A stretch of DNA of 64,000 nucleotides from Eledone cirrhosa (Eukaryota): contig OZ024743.1 of NCBI GenBank assembly GCA_964016885.1, positions 133,858,001 to 133,922,000 of the forward strand. The letters are read 5' to 3'. The notes under the pieces were generated by a model, which made no database searches, had not been told where the DNA came from, and worked only from the letters and a program-made list of their open reading frames with translations. A program made the position numbers and the translations under genes. Below are positions 22,001-34,849 of this stretch, piece by piece. Position 1 is the stretch's first letter. Each line of letters starts with the position of its first letter.

Positions 22001-24680
22001 TGGTGTTTGCTGTTTGGTGTTTGGTGTTTGGTGTTTGCTGTTTGGTGTCTGCTTTTTGGTGTTTGGTGTTTGCTGTATGGTGTTTGCTGTTTCGTGTTTG
22101 GTGTTTGCTGTTTGGTGTTTGATGTTTGCTGTTTGGTGTTTGGTCTTTGGTGCTTGGTGTTTGGTGCTTGGTGCTTGGTGTTTGGTGTTTGGTGCTTGGT
22201 GTTTGGTGCTTGGTGTTTGGTGTTTGGTGCTTGGTGCTTGGTGTTTGGTACTTGGTGCTTGGTGCTTGGTGTTTGGTGCTTGGTGCTTGGTGTTTGGTGC
22301 TTGGTGTTTGGTGCTTGGTGCTTGGTGTTTGGTGCTTGGTGCTGGGTGGTTGGTGTTTGGTGCTTGGTGCTTGGTGTTCCGTGCTAGGTGCATGGTGCTT
22401 GGTGTTTGGTGCTTGGTGCTTGGTGCTTGGTCTTTGGTGTTTGGTGTTTAGTGCTTGGTGCTTGGTGCTTGGTGCTTGGTGCTTGGTGCTTGGTCCTTGG
22501 TGTTTGGTGCTTGGTGCTTGGTGTTTGGTGTTTGGTGCTTGGTGCTTGGTGCTTCGTGTTTGGTGTTTGGTGCTTGGTGTCTGGAGCTTGGTGTTTGGTG
22601 TTTGGTGCTTGGTGTTTGGTGTTTGGTGCTTGGTGCTTGGTGTTTGGTGCTTGGTGCTTGGTGTTTGTACTTGGTGCTTGGTGCTTGGTGTTTGGTGCTT
22701 GGTTCTTGGTGTTTGGTGCTTGGTGTTTGGAGCTTGGTGCTTGGTGTTTGGTGCTTGGTGCTTGGTGTTTGTACTTGGTGCTTGGTGCTTGGTGTTTGGT
22801 GCTTGGTTCTTGGTGTTTGGTGCTTGGTGTTTGGAGCTTGGTGCTTGGTGTTTGGTGCTTGGTGCTTGGTGTTTGGTGCTGGGTGCTTGGTGTTTGGTGT
22901 TTGGTGCTTGGTGCTTGGTGTTTGGTGTTTGGTGTTATATGCTTGGTGTTTGGTGCTTGGTGCTTGGTGTTTGGTGTTTGGTTCTTGATGCTTGGTATTT
23001 GGTGCTTGGTGCTTGCTGCTTGGTGTTTGGTGCTTGGTGATTGATACTTGGTGTTTGGTGCTTGGTGCTTGGTGTTTGGTGCTTGGTGTTTGGTGTTTGG
23101 TGCTTGGTGCTTGGTGTTTGGTACTTGGTGCTTGGTGCTTGGTGTTTGGTGCTTGGTGCTTGGTGTTTGGTGTTTGGTGTTTGGTGCTTGGTGCTTGGTG
23201 TTTGGTGCTTGGTGCTGGGTGGTTGGTGTATGGTGCTTGGTGCTTGGTGTTCCGTGCTAGGTGCATGGTGCTTGGTGTTTGGTGCTTGGTGCTTGGTGCT
23301 TGGTCTTTGGTGTTTGGTGTTTAGTGCTTGGTGCTTGGTGCTTGGTGCTTGGTGCTTGGTGCTTGGTCCTTGGTGTTTGGTGCTTGGTGCTTGGTGTTTG
23401 GTGTTTGGTGCTTGGTGCTTGGTGCTTCGTGTTTGGTGTTTGGTGCTTGGTGTCTGGAGCTTGGTGTTTGGTGTTTGGTGCTTGGTGTTTGGTGTTTGGT
23501 GCTTGGTGCTTGGTGTTTGGTGCTTGGTGCTTGGTGTTTGTACTTGGTGCTTGGTGCTTGGTGTTTGGTGCTTGGTTCTTGGTGTTTGGTGCTTGGTGTT
23601 TGGAGCTTGGTGCTTGGTGTTTGGTGCTTGGTGCTTGGTGTTTGTACTTGGTGCTTGGTGCTTGGTGTTTGGTGCTTGGTTCTTGGTGTTTGGTGCTTGG
23701 TGTTTGGAGCTTGGTGCTTGGTGTTTGGTGCTTGGTGCTTGGTGTTTGGTGTTTGGTGCTTGGAGCTTGGTGTTTGGTGTTTGGTGCTTGGTGTTTGCTT
23801 TTTGGTGTTTGGTGCTTGGTGTTTGGTGCTTGGTGCTTGGTGTTTGGTGTTTGGTGTTTGATGCTTGGTGTTTTATGCTTGGTGCTTGGTGTTTGGTGCT
23901 TGGTGTTTGTATTTGGTGCTTGGTGCTTGGTGTTTTGAGCTTGGTTCTTGGTGTTTGGTGTTTGGTGCTTGGTACTTGGTGCTTGGTGTTTGGTGCTTGG
24001 TGCTTGGTGTTTGGTGTTTGGTGCCTGGTGCTTGGTGTTTGGTGTTTGGTGCTTGGTGTTTGGTGTTTGGTGCTTGGTGCTTGGTGTTTGTTGCTTGGTA
24101 CTTGGTGCATGGTGTTTGGTGCTTGGTGCTTGGTGTTTGGTGCTTGGTGTTTGGTGCTTGGTGCTTGGTGTTTGGTGTTTGGTGTTTGGTGCTTGGTGTT
24201 TTATGCTTGGTGCTTGGTGTTTGGTGCTTGGTGTTTGTACTTGGTGCTTGGTGCTTGGTGTTTTGTGCTTGGTTCTTGGGGTTTGGTGTTTGGTGCTTGG
24301 TACTTGGTGCTTGGTGTTAGGTGTTTGGTTCTTGGTGCTTGGTGTTTGGTGTTTGGTCCTTGGTGCTTGGTGCTTGGTGTTTAGTGCTTGGTGCTTGGTG
24401 TTTGTTGTTTGGTGCTTTCTGTTTGCTGCTTGGTGTTTGCTGCTTGGTGCCTGTTGCTTGGTGCTTGGTGTTTGGTGCTAGGTGCTTGGTGTTTGGTGTT
24501 TGGTGTTTGATGCTTGGTGTTTGGTGCTTGGTGTTTGGTGCTTGGTGCTTGGGGCTTGGTGTTTGGTGCTTGGTGCTTGGTGCTTGGTGTTTGGTGCTTG
24601 GTGCTTGGTGTTTGGTGTTTGGTGTTTGGTGCTTGGTGCTTGGTGTTTGGTGCTTGGTGCTTGGTGCTGGGTGGTTGGTA
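11650..24680 (+). repeat. 5735-bp higher-order repeat (821 monomers), about 2.3 near-identical tandem copies
   Basis: Constant 5735 offset at 11791/17526/23261, 12395/18130/23865, 13534/19269, 14358/20093, 15922/21657 and 17257/22992. 821x7 minus twelve counted 6-bp units = 5735. Confidence 0.93.
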
Positions 24681-27600
24681 TTTGGTGCTTGGTGCTTGGT
24701 GTTTGGTGCTTGGTGCTTGGTGCTTGGTGTTTGGTGCTTGGTGCTTGGTGCTTGGTCTTTGGTGCTTGGTGTTTGGTGTTTGGTGCTTGGTGCTTTGTGT
24801 TTGGTGCTTGGTGATTAGTGTTTGGTGCTTGGTACTTGGTGTTTGGTGCTTGGTGTTTGGTGTTTGCTGTTTGGTGTTTGGTGTTTGGTGTTTGCTGTTT
24901 GGTGTCTGCTTTTTGGTGTTTGGTGTTTGCTGTATGGTGTTTGCTGTTTCGTGTTTGGTGTTTGCTGTTTGGTGTTTGATGTTTGCTGTTTGGTGTTTGG
25001 TCTTTGGTGCTTGGTGTTTGGTGCTTGGTGCTTGGTGTTTGGTGTTTGGTGCTTGGTGTTTGGTGTTTGGTGCTTGGTGCTTGGTCCTTGGTGTTTGGTG
25101 CTTGGTGTCTGGTGCTTGGTGTCTGGTGCTTGGTGTTTGGTGTTTGGTGTTTGGTGCTTGGTGTTTGGTGTTTGGTGTTTGGTGTTTGGTGCTTGTTGCT
25201 TGGTGCTTGGTGCTTGGTGTTTGGTGCTTGGTGCTTGGTGTTTGGTGCTGGGTGCTTGGTGTTTTGTGCTTGGTGCTTGGTGTTTGGTGTTTGGTGCTTG
25301 GTGCTTGGTGTTTGGTGTTTGGTGTTATATGCTTGGTGTTTGGTGCTTGGTGCTTGGTGTTTGGTGTTTGGTTCTTGATGCTTGGTATTTGGTGCTTGGT
25401 GCTTGCTGCTTGGTGTTTGGTGCTTGGTGATTGATGCTTGGTGTTTGGTGCTTGGTGTTTGCTGTTTGGTTTTTGGTGCTAGGTGCTTGGTGCTTGGTGA
25501 TTGGTGCTTGGTGTTTGGTGTTTGGTGCTTGGTGCTTGGTGTTTGGTACTTGGTGCTTGGTGCTTGGTGTTTGGTGCTTGGTGCTTGGTGTTTGGTGTTT
25601 GGTGTTTGGTGCTTGGTGCTTGGTGTTTGGTGCTTGGTGCTTGGTGCTGGGTGGTTGGTGTTTGGTGCTTGGTGCTTGGTGTTTCGTGCTAGGTGCATGG
25701 CGCTTGGTGTTTGGTGCTTGGTGCTTGGTGCTTGGTCTTTGGTGTTTGGTGTTTAGTGCTTGGTGCTTGGTGCTTGGTGCTTGGTGCTTGGTCCTTGGTG
25801 TTTGGTGCTTGGTGCTTGGTGTTTGGTGTTTGGTGCTTGGTGCTTGGTGCTTCGTGTTTGGTGTTTGGTGCTTGGTGTCTGGAGCTTGGTGTTTGGTGTT
25901 TGGTGCTTGGTGTTTGGTGTTTGGTGCTTGGTGCTTGGTGTTTGGTGCTTGGTGCTTGGTGTTTGTACTTGGTGCTTGGTGCTTGGTGTTTGGTGCTTGG
26001 TGCTTGGTGTTTGGTGTTTGGTGCTTGGTGTTTGGTGTTTGGTGCTTGGTGCTTGGTGTTTGTTGCTTGGTACTTGGTGCATGGTGTTTGGTGCTGGGTG
26101 CTTGGTGTTTGGTCCTTGGTGTTTGGTGCTTGGTGCTTGGTGTTTGGTGTTTGGTGTTTGATGCTTGGTGTTTTATGCTTGGTGCTTGGTGTTTGGTGCT
26201 TGGTGTTTGTACTTGGTGCTTGGTGCTTGGTGTTTTGTGCTTGGTTCTTGGTGTTTGGTGTTTGGTGCTTGGTACTTGGTGCTTGGTGTTAGGTGTTTGG
26301 TGCTTGGTGCTTGGTGTTTGGTGTTTGGTGCTTGGAGCTTGGTGTTTGGTGTTTGGTGCTTGGTGTTTGCTTTTTGGTGTTTGGTGCTTGGTGTTTGGTG
26401 CTTGGTGCTTGGTGTTTGGTGTTTGGTGTTTGATGCTTGGTGTTTTATGCTTGGTGCTTGGTGTTTGGTGCTTGGTGTTTGTATTTGGTGCTTGGTGCTT
26501 GGTGTTTTGAGCTTGGTTCTTGGTGTTTGGTGTTTGGTGCTTGGTACTTGGTGCTTGGTGTTTGGTGCTTGGTGCTTGGTGTTTGGTGTTTGGTGCCTGG
26601 TGCTTGGTGTTTGGTGTTTGGTGCTTGGTGTTTGGTGTTTGGTGCTTGGTGCTTGGTGTTTGTTGCTTGGTACTTGGTGCATGGTGTTTGGTGCTTGGTG
26701 CTTGGTGTTTGGTGCTTGGTGTTTGGTGCTTGGTGCTTGGTGTTTGGTGTTTGGTGTTTGGTGCTTGGTGTTTTATGCTTGGTGCTTGGTGTTTGGTGCT
26801 TGGTGTTTGTACTTGGTGCTTGGTGCTTGGTGTTTTGTGCTTGGTTCTTGGGGTTTGGTGTTTGGTGCTTGGTACTTGGTGCTTGGTGTTAGGTGTTTGG
26901 TTCTTGGTGCTTGGTGTTTGGTGTTTGGTCCTTGGTGCTTGGTGCTTGGTGTTTAGTGCTTGGTGCTTGGTGTTTGTTGTTTGGTGCTTTCTGTTTGCTG
27001 CTTGGTGTTTGCTGCTTGGTGCCTGTTGCTTGGTGCTTGGTGTTTGGTGCTAGGTGCTTGGTGTTTGGTGTTTGGTGTTTGATGCTTGGTGTTTGGTGCT
27101 TGGTGTTTGGTGCTTGGTGCTTGGGGCTTGGTGTTTGGTGCTTGGTGCTTGGTGCTTGGTGTTTGGTGCTTGGTGCTTGGTGTTTGGTGTTTGGTGTTTG
27201 GTGCTTGGTGCTTGGTGTTTGGTGCTTGGTGCTTGGTGCTGGGTGGTTGGTATTTGGTGCTTGGTGCTTGGTGTTTGGTGCTTGGTGCTTGGTGCTTGGT
27301 GTTTGGTGCTTGGTGCTTGGTGCTTGGTCTTTGGTGCTTGGTGTTTGGTGTTTGGTGCTTGGTGCTTTGTGTTTGGTGCTTGGTGATTAGTGTTTGGTGC
27401 TTGGTACTTGGTGTTTGGTGCTTGGTGTTTGGTGTTTGCTGTTTGGTGTTTGGTGTTTGGTGTTTGCTGTTTGGTGTCTGCTTTTTGGTGTTTGGTGTTT
27501 GCTGTATGGTGTTTGCTGTTTCGTGTTTGGTGTTTGCTGTTTGGTGTTTGATGTTTGCTGTTTGGTGTTTGGTCTTTGGTGCTTGGTGTTTGGTGCTTGG

Positions 27601-28901
27601 TGCTTGGTGTTTGGTGTTTGGTGCTTGGTGTTTGGTGTTTGGTGCTTGGTGCTTGGTCCTTGGTGTTTGGTGCTTGGTGTCTGGTGCTTGGTGTCTGGTG
27701 CTTGGTGTTTGGTGTTTGGTGTTTGGTGCTTGGTGTTTGGTGTTTGGTGTTTGGTGTTTGGTGCTTGTTGCTTGGTGCTTGGTGCTTGGTGTTTGGTGCT
27801 TGGTGCTTGGTGTTTGGTGCTGGGTGCTTGGTGTTTTGTGCTTGGTGCTTGGTGTTTGGTGTTTGGTGCTTGGTGCTTGGTGTTTGGTGTTTGGTGTTAT
27901 ATGCTTGGTGTTTGGTGCTTGGTGCTTGGTGTTTGGTGTTTGGTTCTTGATGCTTGGTATTTGGTGCTTGGTGCTTGCTGCTTGGTGTTTGGTGCTTGGT
28001 GATTGATGCTTGGTGTTTGGTGCTTGGTGTTTGCTGTTTGGTTTTTGGTGCTAGGTGCTTGGTGCTTGGTGATTGGTGCTTGGTGTTTGGTGTTTGGTGC
28101 TTGGTGCTTGGTGTTTGGTACTTGGTGCTTGGTGCTTGGTGTTTGGTGCTTGGTGCTTGGTGTTTGGTGTTTGGTGTTTGGTGCTTGGTGCTTGGTGTTT
28201 GGTGCTTGGTGCTTGGTGCTGGGTGGTTGGTGTTTGGTGCTTGGTGCTTGGTGTTTCGTGCTAGGTGCATGGCGCTTGGTGTTTGGTGCTTGGTGCTTGG
28301 TGCTTGGTCTTTGGTGTTTGGTGTTTAGTGCTTGGTGCTTGGTGCTTGGTGCTTGGTGCTTGGTCCTTGGTGTTTGGTGCTTGGTGCTTGGTGTTTGGTG
28401 TTTGGTGCTTGGTGCTTGGTGCTTCGTGTTTGGTGTTTGGTGCTTGGTGTCTGGAGCTTGGTGTTTGGTGTTTGGTGCTTGGTGTTTGGTGTTTGGTGCT
28501 TGGTGCTTGGTGTTTGGTGCTTGGTGCTTGGTGTTTGTACTTGGTGCTTGGTGCTTGGTGTTTGGTGCTTGGTGCTTGGTGTTTGGTGTTTGGTGCTTGG
28601 TGTTTGGTGTTTGGTGCTTGGTGCTTGGTGTTTGTTGCTTGGTACTTGGTGCATGGTGTTTGGTGCTGGGTGCTTGGTGTTTGGTCCTTGGTGTTTGGTG
28701 CTTGGTGCTTGGTGTTTGGTGTTTGGTGTTTGATGCTTGGTGTTTTATGCTTGGTGCTTGGTGTTTGGTGCTTGGTGTTTGTACTTGGTGCTTGGTGCTT
28801 GGTGTTTTGTGCTTGGTTCTTGGTGTTTGGTGTTTGGTGCTTGGTACTTGGTGCTTGGTGTTAGGTGTTTGGTGCTTGGTGCTTGGTGTTTGGTGTTTGG
28901 T
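23720..28901 (+). repeat. 2572-bp tandem duplication (368 monomers), 2 copies
   Basis: Constant 2572 offset at 23865/26437, 24321/26893, 24514/27086, 25382/27954 and 26165/28737. Private variants CATGGCGC (about 25697 and 28269) and GCCTGTTGC (about 24449 and 27021) were seen only in these two copies. Confidence 0.93.
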
Positions 28902-31900
28902 CCTTGGTGCTTGGTGCTTGGTGTTTAGTGCTTGGTGCTTGGTGTTTGTTGTTTGGTGCTTTCTGTTTGCTGCTTGGTGTTTGCTGCTTGGTGCTTGGTG
29001 CTTGGTGTTTGGTGTTTGGTGCTAGGTGCTTGGTGTTTGGTGTTTGGTGTTTGATGCTTGGTGTTTGGTGCTTGGTGTTTGGTGCTTGGTGCTTGGGGCT
29101 TGGTGTTTGGTGCTTGGTGCTTGGTGCTTGGTGTTTGGTGCTTGGTGCTTGGTGTTTGGTGTTTGGTGTTTGGTGCTTGGTGCTTGGTGTTTGGTGCTTG
29201 GTGCTTGGTGCTGGGTGGTTGGTATTTGGTGATTGGTGCTTGGTGCTTGGTGTTTGGTGCTTGGTGCTTGGTGCTTGGTCTTTGGTGCTTGGTGTTTGGT
29301 GTTTGGTCCTTGGTGCTTTGTGTTTGGTGCTTGGTGATTAGTGTTTGGTGCTTGGTACTTGGTGTTTGGTGCTTGGTGTTTGGTGTTTGCTGTTTGGTGT
29401 TTGGTGTTTGGTGTTTGCTGTTTGGTGTCTGCTTTTTGGTGTTTGGTGTTTGCTGTATGGTGTTTGCTGTTTCGTGTTTGGTGTTTGCTGTTTGGTGTTT
29501 GGTGTTTGCTGTTTGGTGTTTGGTCTTTGGTGCTTGGTGTTTGGTGCTTGGTGCTTGGTGTTTGGTGTTTGGTGCTTGGTGCTTGGTGCTTGGTGTTTGT
29601 TGCTTGGTGTCTGGTGCTTGGTGTCTGGTGCTTGGTGTTTGGTGTTTGGTGTTTGGTGCTTGGTGTTTGGTGTTTGGTGTTTGGTGTTTGGTGCTTGTTG
29701 CTTGGTGCTTGGTGCTTGGTGTTTGGTGCTTGGTGCTTGGTGTTTGGTGCTGGGTGCTTGGTGTTTGGTGCTTGGTGCTTGGTGCTTGGTGTTTGGTGTT
29801 TGGTGTTATATGCTTGGTGTTTGATGCTTGGTGCTTGGTGCTTGGTGTTTGGTGTTTGGTGTTTGGTGCTTGGTGTTTTATGCTTGGTGTTTGATGTTTG
29901 GTGCTTGGTGCTTGGTGTTTGGTGCTTGGTGCTTGGTGTTTGTACTTGGTGCTTGGTGCTTGGTTCTTGGTGTTTGGTGCTTGGTGCTTGGTGCTTGGTG
30001 CTTGGTGTTTGGTGCTTGGTGTTTGGTGCTTGGTGTTTGGTGCTTGGTGCCTGGTGCTTGGTGTTTGGTGCTTGGTGTTTGCTGCTTGGTATTAGGTGTT
30101 TGGTGCTTGGTGCTTGGTGTTTGGTGTTTGGTGCTTGGTGTTTGGTGCTTGGTGTTTGGTGTTTGGTGCTTGGTGTTTGGTGCTTGGTACTTGGTGCTTG
30201 GTGCTTGGTGTTAGGTGTTTGGTGCTTGGTGCTTGGTGTTTGGTTTTTGGTGCTTGGTGCTTGGTGTTTGGTGTTTGGTGCTTGCTGCTGGCTGCTTGGT
30301 GTTTGGTGCTTGGTGATTGGTGCTTGGTGTTTGGTGCTTGGTGTTTGGTGTTTGATACTAGGTGCTTGGTGCTTGGTGTTTGGTGCTTGGTGCTTGGTGT
30401 TTGGTGCTTGGTGCTGGGTTCTGGGTGGTTGGTGTTTGGTGCTTGGTGTTTGGTGCTGGGTGCTTGGTGTTTGGTGCATGGTGCTTGGTCTTTGGTGTTT
30501 GGTGTTTGGTGTTTGGGGCTTGGTGCTTGGTGCTTGGTGTTTGGTGCTTGGTGCTTGGTGTTTGGTGCTTGGTGCTTAGTGTTTGGTACTAGGTGCTTGG
30601 GGTTTGGTGTTTGGTGCTTGGTGCTTGGTGTTTGGTGCTTGGTGCTTGGTGTTTGGTGTTTGGTGCTTGGTGCTTGGTGCTTGGTGTTTTGTGCTTGGTT
30701 CTTGGTGTTTGGTGTTTGGTGCTTGGTACTTGGTGCTTGGTGTTAGGTGTTTGGTGCTTGGTGCTTGGTGTTTGGTGTTTGGTCCTTGGTGCTTGGTGCT
30801 TGGTGTTTAGTGCTTGGTGCTTGGTGTTTGTTGTTTGGTGCTTTCTGTTTGCTGCTTGGTGTTTGCTGCTTGGTGCTTGGTGCTTGGTGTTTGGTGTTTG
30901 GTGCTAGGTGCTTGGTGTTTGGTGTTTGGTGTTTGATGCTTGGTGTTTGGTGCTTGGTGTTTGGTGCTTGGTGCTTGGGGCTTGGTGTTTGGTGCTTGGT
31001 GCTTGGTGCTTGGTGTTTGGTGCTTGGTGCTTGGTGTTTGGTGTTTGGTGTTTGGTGCTTGGTGCTTGGTGTTTGGTGCTTGGTGCTTGGTGCTGGGTGG
31101 TTGGTATTTGGTGACTGGTGCTTGGTGCTTGGTGTTTGGTGCTTGTTGCTTGGTGCTTGGTCTTTGGTGCTTGGTGTTTGGTGTTTGGTGCTTGGTGCTT
31201 TGTGTTTGGTGCTTGGTGATTAGTGTTTGGTGCTTGGTACTTGGTGTTTGGTGCTTGGTGTTTGGTGTTTGCTGTTTGGTGTTTGGTGTTTGGTGTTTGC
31301 TCTTTGGTGTCTGCTTTTTGGTGTTTGGTGTTTGCTGTATGGTGTTTGCTGTTTCGTGTTTGGTGTTTGCTGTTTGGTGTTTGGTCTTTGGTGCTTGGTG
31401 TTTGGTGCTTGTTGCTTGGTGTTTGGTGTTTGGTGCTTGGTGCTTGGTGCTTGGTGTTTGTTGCTTGGTGTCTGGTGCTTGGTGTCTGGTGCTTGGTGTT
31501 TGGTGTTTGGTGTTTGGTGCTTGGTGTTTGGTGTTTGGTGTTTGGTGTTTGGTGCTTGTTGCTTGGTGCTTGGTGCTTGGTGTTTGGTGCTTGGTGCTTG
31601 GTGTTTGGTGCTGGGTGCTTGGTGTTTGGTGCTTGGTGCTTGGTGCTTGGTGTTTGGTGTTTGGTGTTATATGCTTGGTGTTTGATGCTTGGTGCTTGGT
31701 GCTTGGTGTTTGGTGTTTGGTGTTTGGTGCTTGGTGTTTTATGCTTGGTGTTTGATGTTTGGTGCTTGGTGCTTGGTGTTTGGTGCTTGGTGCTTGGTGT
31801 TTGTACTTGGTGCTTGGTGCTTGGTTCTTGGTGTTTGGTGCTTGGTGCTTGGTGCTTGGTGCTTGGTGTTTGGTGCTTGGTGTTTGGTGCTTGGTGTTTG

Positions 31901-32545
31901 GTGCTTGGTGCCTGGTGCTTGGTGTTTGGTGCTTGGTGTTTGCTGCTTGGTATTAGGTGTTTGGTGCTTGGTGCTTGGTGTTTGGTGTTTGGTGCTTGGT
32001 GTTTGGTGCTTGGTGTTTGGTGTTTGGTGCTTGGTGTTTGGTGCTTGGTACTTGGTGCTTGGTGCTTGGTGTTAGGTGTTTGGTGCTTGGTGCTTGGTGT
32101 TTGGTTTTTGGTGCTTGGTGCTTGGTGTTTGGTGTTTGGTGCTTGCTGCTGGTTGCTTGGTGTTTGGTGCTTGGTGATTGGTGCTTGGTGTTTGGTGCTT
32201 GGTGTTTGGTGTTTGATACTAGGTGCTTGGTGCTTGGTGTTTGGTGCTTGGTGCTTGGTGTTTGGTGCTTGGTGCTGGGTTCTGGGTGGTTGGTGTTTGG
32301 TGCTTGGTGTTTGGTGCTGGGTGCTTGGTGTTTGGTGCATGGTGCTTGGTCTTTGGTGTTTGGTGTTTGGTGTTTGGGGCTTGGTGCTTGGTGCTTGGTG
32401 TTTGGTGCTTGGTGCTTGGTGTTTGGTGCTTGGTGCTTAGTGTTTGGTGCTAGGTGCTTGGGGTTTGGTGTTTGGTGTTTGGTGCTTGGTGTTTGGTGCT
32501 TGGTGCTTGGTGTTTGGTGTTTGGTGCTTGGTGCTTGGTGTTTGG
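28790..32545 (+). repeat. Tandem duplication of about 1.87 kb (period 1882 then 1861 bp), 2 copies
   Basis: ORF offsets are 1882 (28865/30747, 29341/31223) and 1861 (29828/31689, 30096/31957, 30583/32444). Shared TTGATACTAGG near 30352 and 32213. Confidence 0.88.
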
Positions 32546-34849
32546 TGTTTCCTGTTTGCTGTTTGGTGTTTGGTGTTTGGTGTTTGCTGTTTGGTGTCTG
32601 CTTTTTGGTGTTTGGTGTTTGCTGTATGTTATTTGCTGTTTGGTGTTTGGTGTTTGGTGTTTGGTGCTTGGTGCTTGGTGTTTGGTGCTTGGTGCTTGGT
32701 GTTTGGTGCCTGGTGCTTGGGTCTTGGTGTTTGGTGTTTGGTGCTTGGTGCTTGGAGTTTGGTGTTTGGTGCTTGGTGCTTGGTGTTTTGTGTTTGGTGT
32801 TTGGTTTTTGGTGCTTGGTGCTTGGTGCTTGGTGCTTGGTCCTTGGTGTTTGGTGCTTGGTGCTTGGTGTTTGTACTTGGTGCTTGGTGCTTGGTGTTTG
32901 GTTCTTGGTTCTTGGTGTTTGGTACTTGGTGCTTGGTGCTTGGTGTTTGGTGCTTGGTGCTTGGTGTTTGGTGTTTGGTGTTTGGTGCTTGGTGCTTGGT
33001 GTTTGGTGCTTGGTGCTTGGTGCTGGGTGGTTGGTATTTGGTGCTTGGTGCTTGGTGTTTGGTGCTTGGTGCTTGGTGCTTGGTGTTTGGTGCTTGGTGC
33101 TTGGTGCTTGGTCTTTGGTGCTTGGTGTTTGGTGTTTGATGCTTGGTGCTTTGTGTTTGGTGCTTGGTGATTAGTGTTTGGTGCTTGGTACTTGGTGTTT
33201 GGTGCTTGGTGTTTGGTGTTTGCTGTTTGGTGTTTGGTGTTTGGTGTTTGCTGTTTGGTGTCTGCTTTTTGGTGTTTGGTGTTTGCTGTATGGTATTTGC
33301 TGTTTCGTGTTTGGTGTTTGCTGTTTGGTGTTTGGTGTTTGCTGTTTGGTGTTTGGTCTTTGGTGCTTGGTGTTTGGTGCTTGGTGCTTGGTGTTTGGTG
33401 TTTGGTGCTTGGTGTTTGGTGTTTGGTGCTTGGTGCTTGGTGCTTGGTGTTTGGTGCTTGGTGTCTGGTGCTTGGTGTCTGGTGCTTGGTGTTTGGTGTT
33501 TGGTGTTTGGTGCTTGGTGTTTGGTGTTTGGTGCTTGTTGCTTGGTGCTTGGTGCTTGGTGTTTGGTGCTTGGTGCTTGGTGTTTGGTGCTGGGTGCTTG
33601 GTGTTTGGTGCTTGGTGCTTGGTGTTTGGTGTTTGGTGCTTGGTGCTTGGTGTTTGGTGTTTGGTGTTATATGCTTGGTGTTTGGTGCTTGGTGCTTGGT
33701 GTTTGGTGTTTGGTACTTGATGCTTGGTATTTGGTGCTTGGTGCTTGCTGCTTGGTGTTTGGTGCTTGGTGATTGATGCTTGGTGTTTGGTGCTTGGTGC
33801 TTGGTGTTTGGTTTTTGGTGCTAGGTGCTTGGTGCTTGGTGTTTGGTGCTTGGTGTTTGGTGTTTGGTGCTTGGTGCTTGGTGTTTGGTACTTGGTGCTT
33901 GGTGCTTGGTGTTTGGTGCTTGGTGCTTGGTGTTTGGTGTTTGGTGTTTGGTGCTTGGTGCTTGGTGTTTGGTGCTTGGTGCTTGGTGCTTGGTGTTTCG
34001 TGCTAGGTGCATGGTGCTTGGTGTTTGGTGCTTGGTGCTTGGTCTTTGGTGTTTGGTGTTTAGTGCTTGGTGCTTGGTGCTTGGTGCTTGGTGCTTGGTG
34101 CTTGGTCCTTGGTGTTTGGTGCTTGGTGCTTGGTGTTTGGTGTTTGGTGCTTGGTGCTTGGTGCTTCGTGTTTGGTGTTTGGTGCTTGGTGTCTGGAGCT
34201 TGGTGTTTGGTGTTTGGTGCTTGGTGTTTGGTGTTTGGTGCTTGGTGCTTGGTGTTTGGTGCTTGGTGCTTGGTGTTTGTACTTGGTGCTTGGTGCTTGG
34301 TGTTTGGTGCTTGGTTCTTGGTGTTTGGTGCTTGGTGTTTGGAGCTTGGTGCTTGGTGTTTGGTGCTTGGTGCTTGGTGTTTGTACTTGGTGCTTGGTGC
34401 TTGGTGTTTGGTGCTTGGTTCTTGGTGTTTGGTGCTTGGTGTTTGGAGCTTGGTGCTTGGTGTTTGGTGTTTGGTGCTTGGTACTTGGTGTCTGGAGCTT
34501 GGTGTTTGGTGTTTGGTGCTTGGTGTTTGGTGCTTGGTGCTTGGTGTATGGTGTTTGGTGTTTGATGCTTGGTGTTTATATGCTTGGTGCTTGGTGTTTG
34601 GTGCTTGGTGTTTGTATTTGGTGCTTGGTGCTTGGTGTTTTGTGCTTGGTTCTTGGTGCTTGGTGTTTGGTGCTTGGTACTTGGTGCTTGGTGTTAGGTG
34701 TTTGGTGCTTGGTGCTTGGTGTTTGGTGTTTGGTCCTTGGTGCTTGGTGCTTGGTGTTTAGTTCTTGGTGCTTGGTGTTTGTTGTTTGGTGCTTTCTGTT
34801 TGCTGCTTGGTGTTTGCTGCTTGGTGCTTGGTGCTTGGTATTTGGTGTT

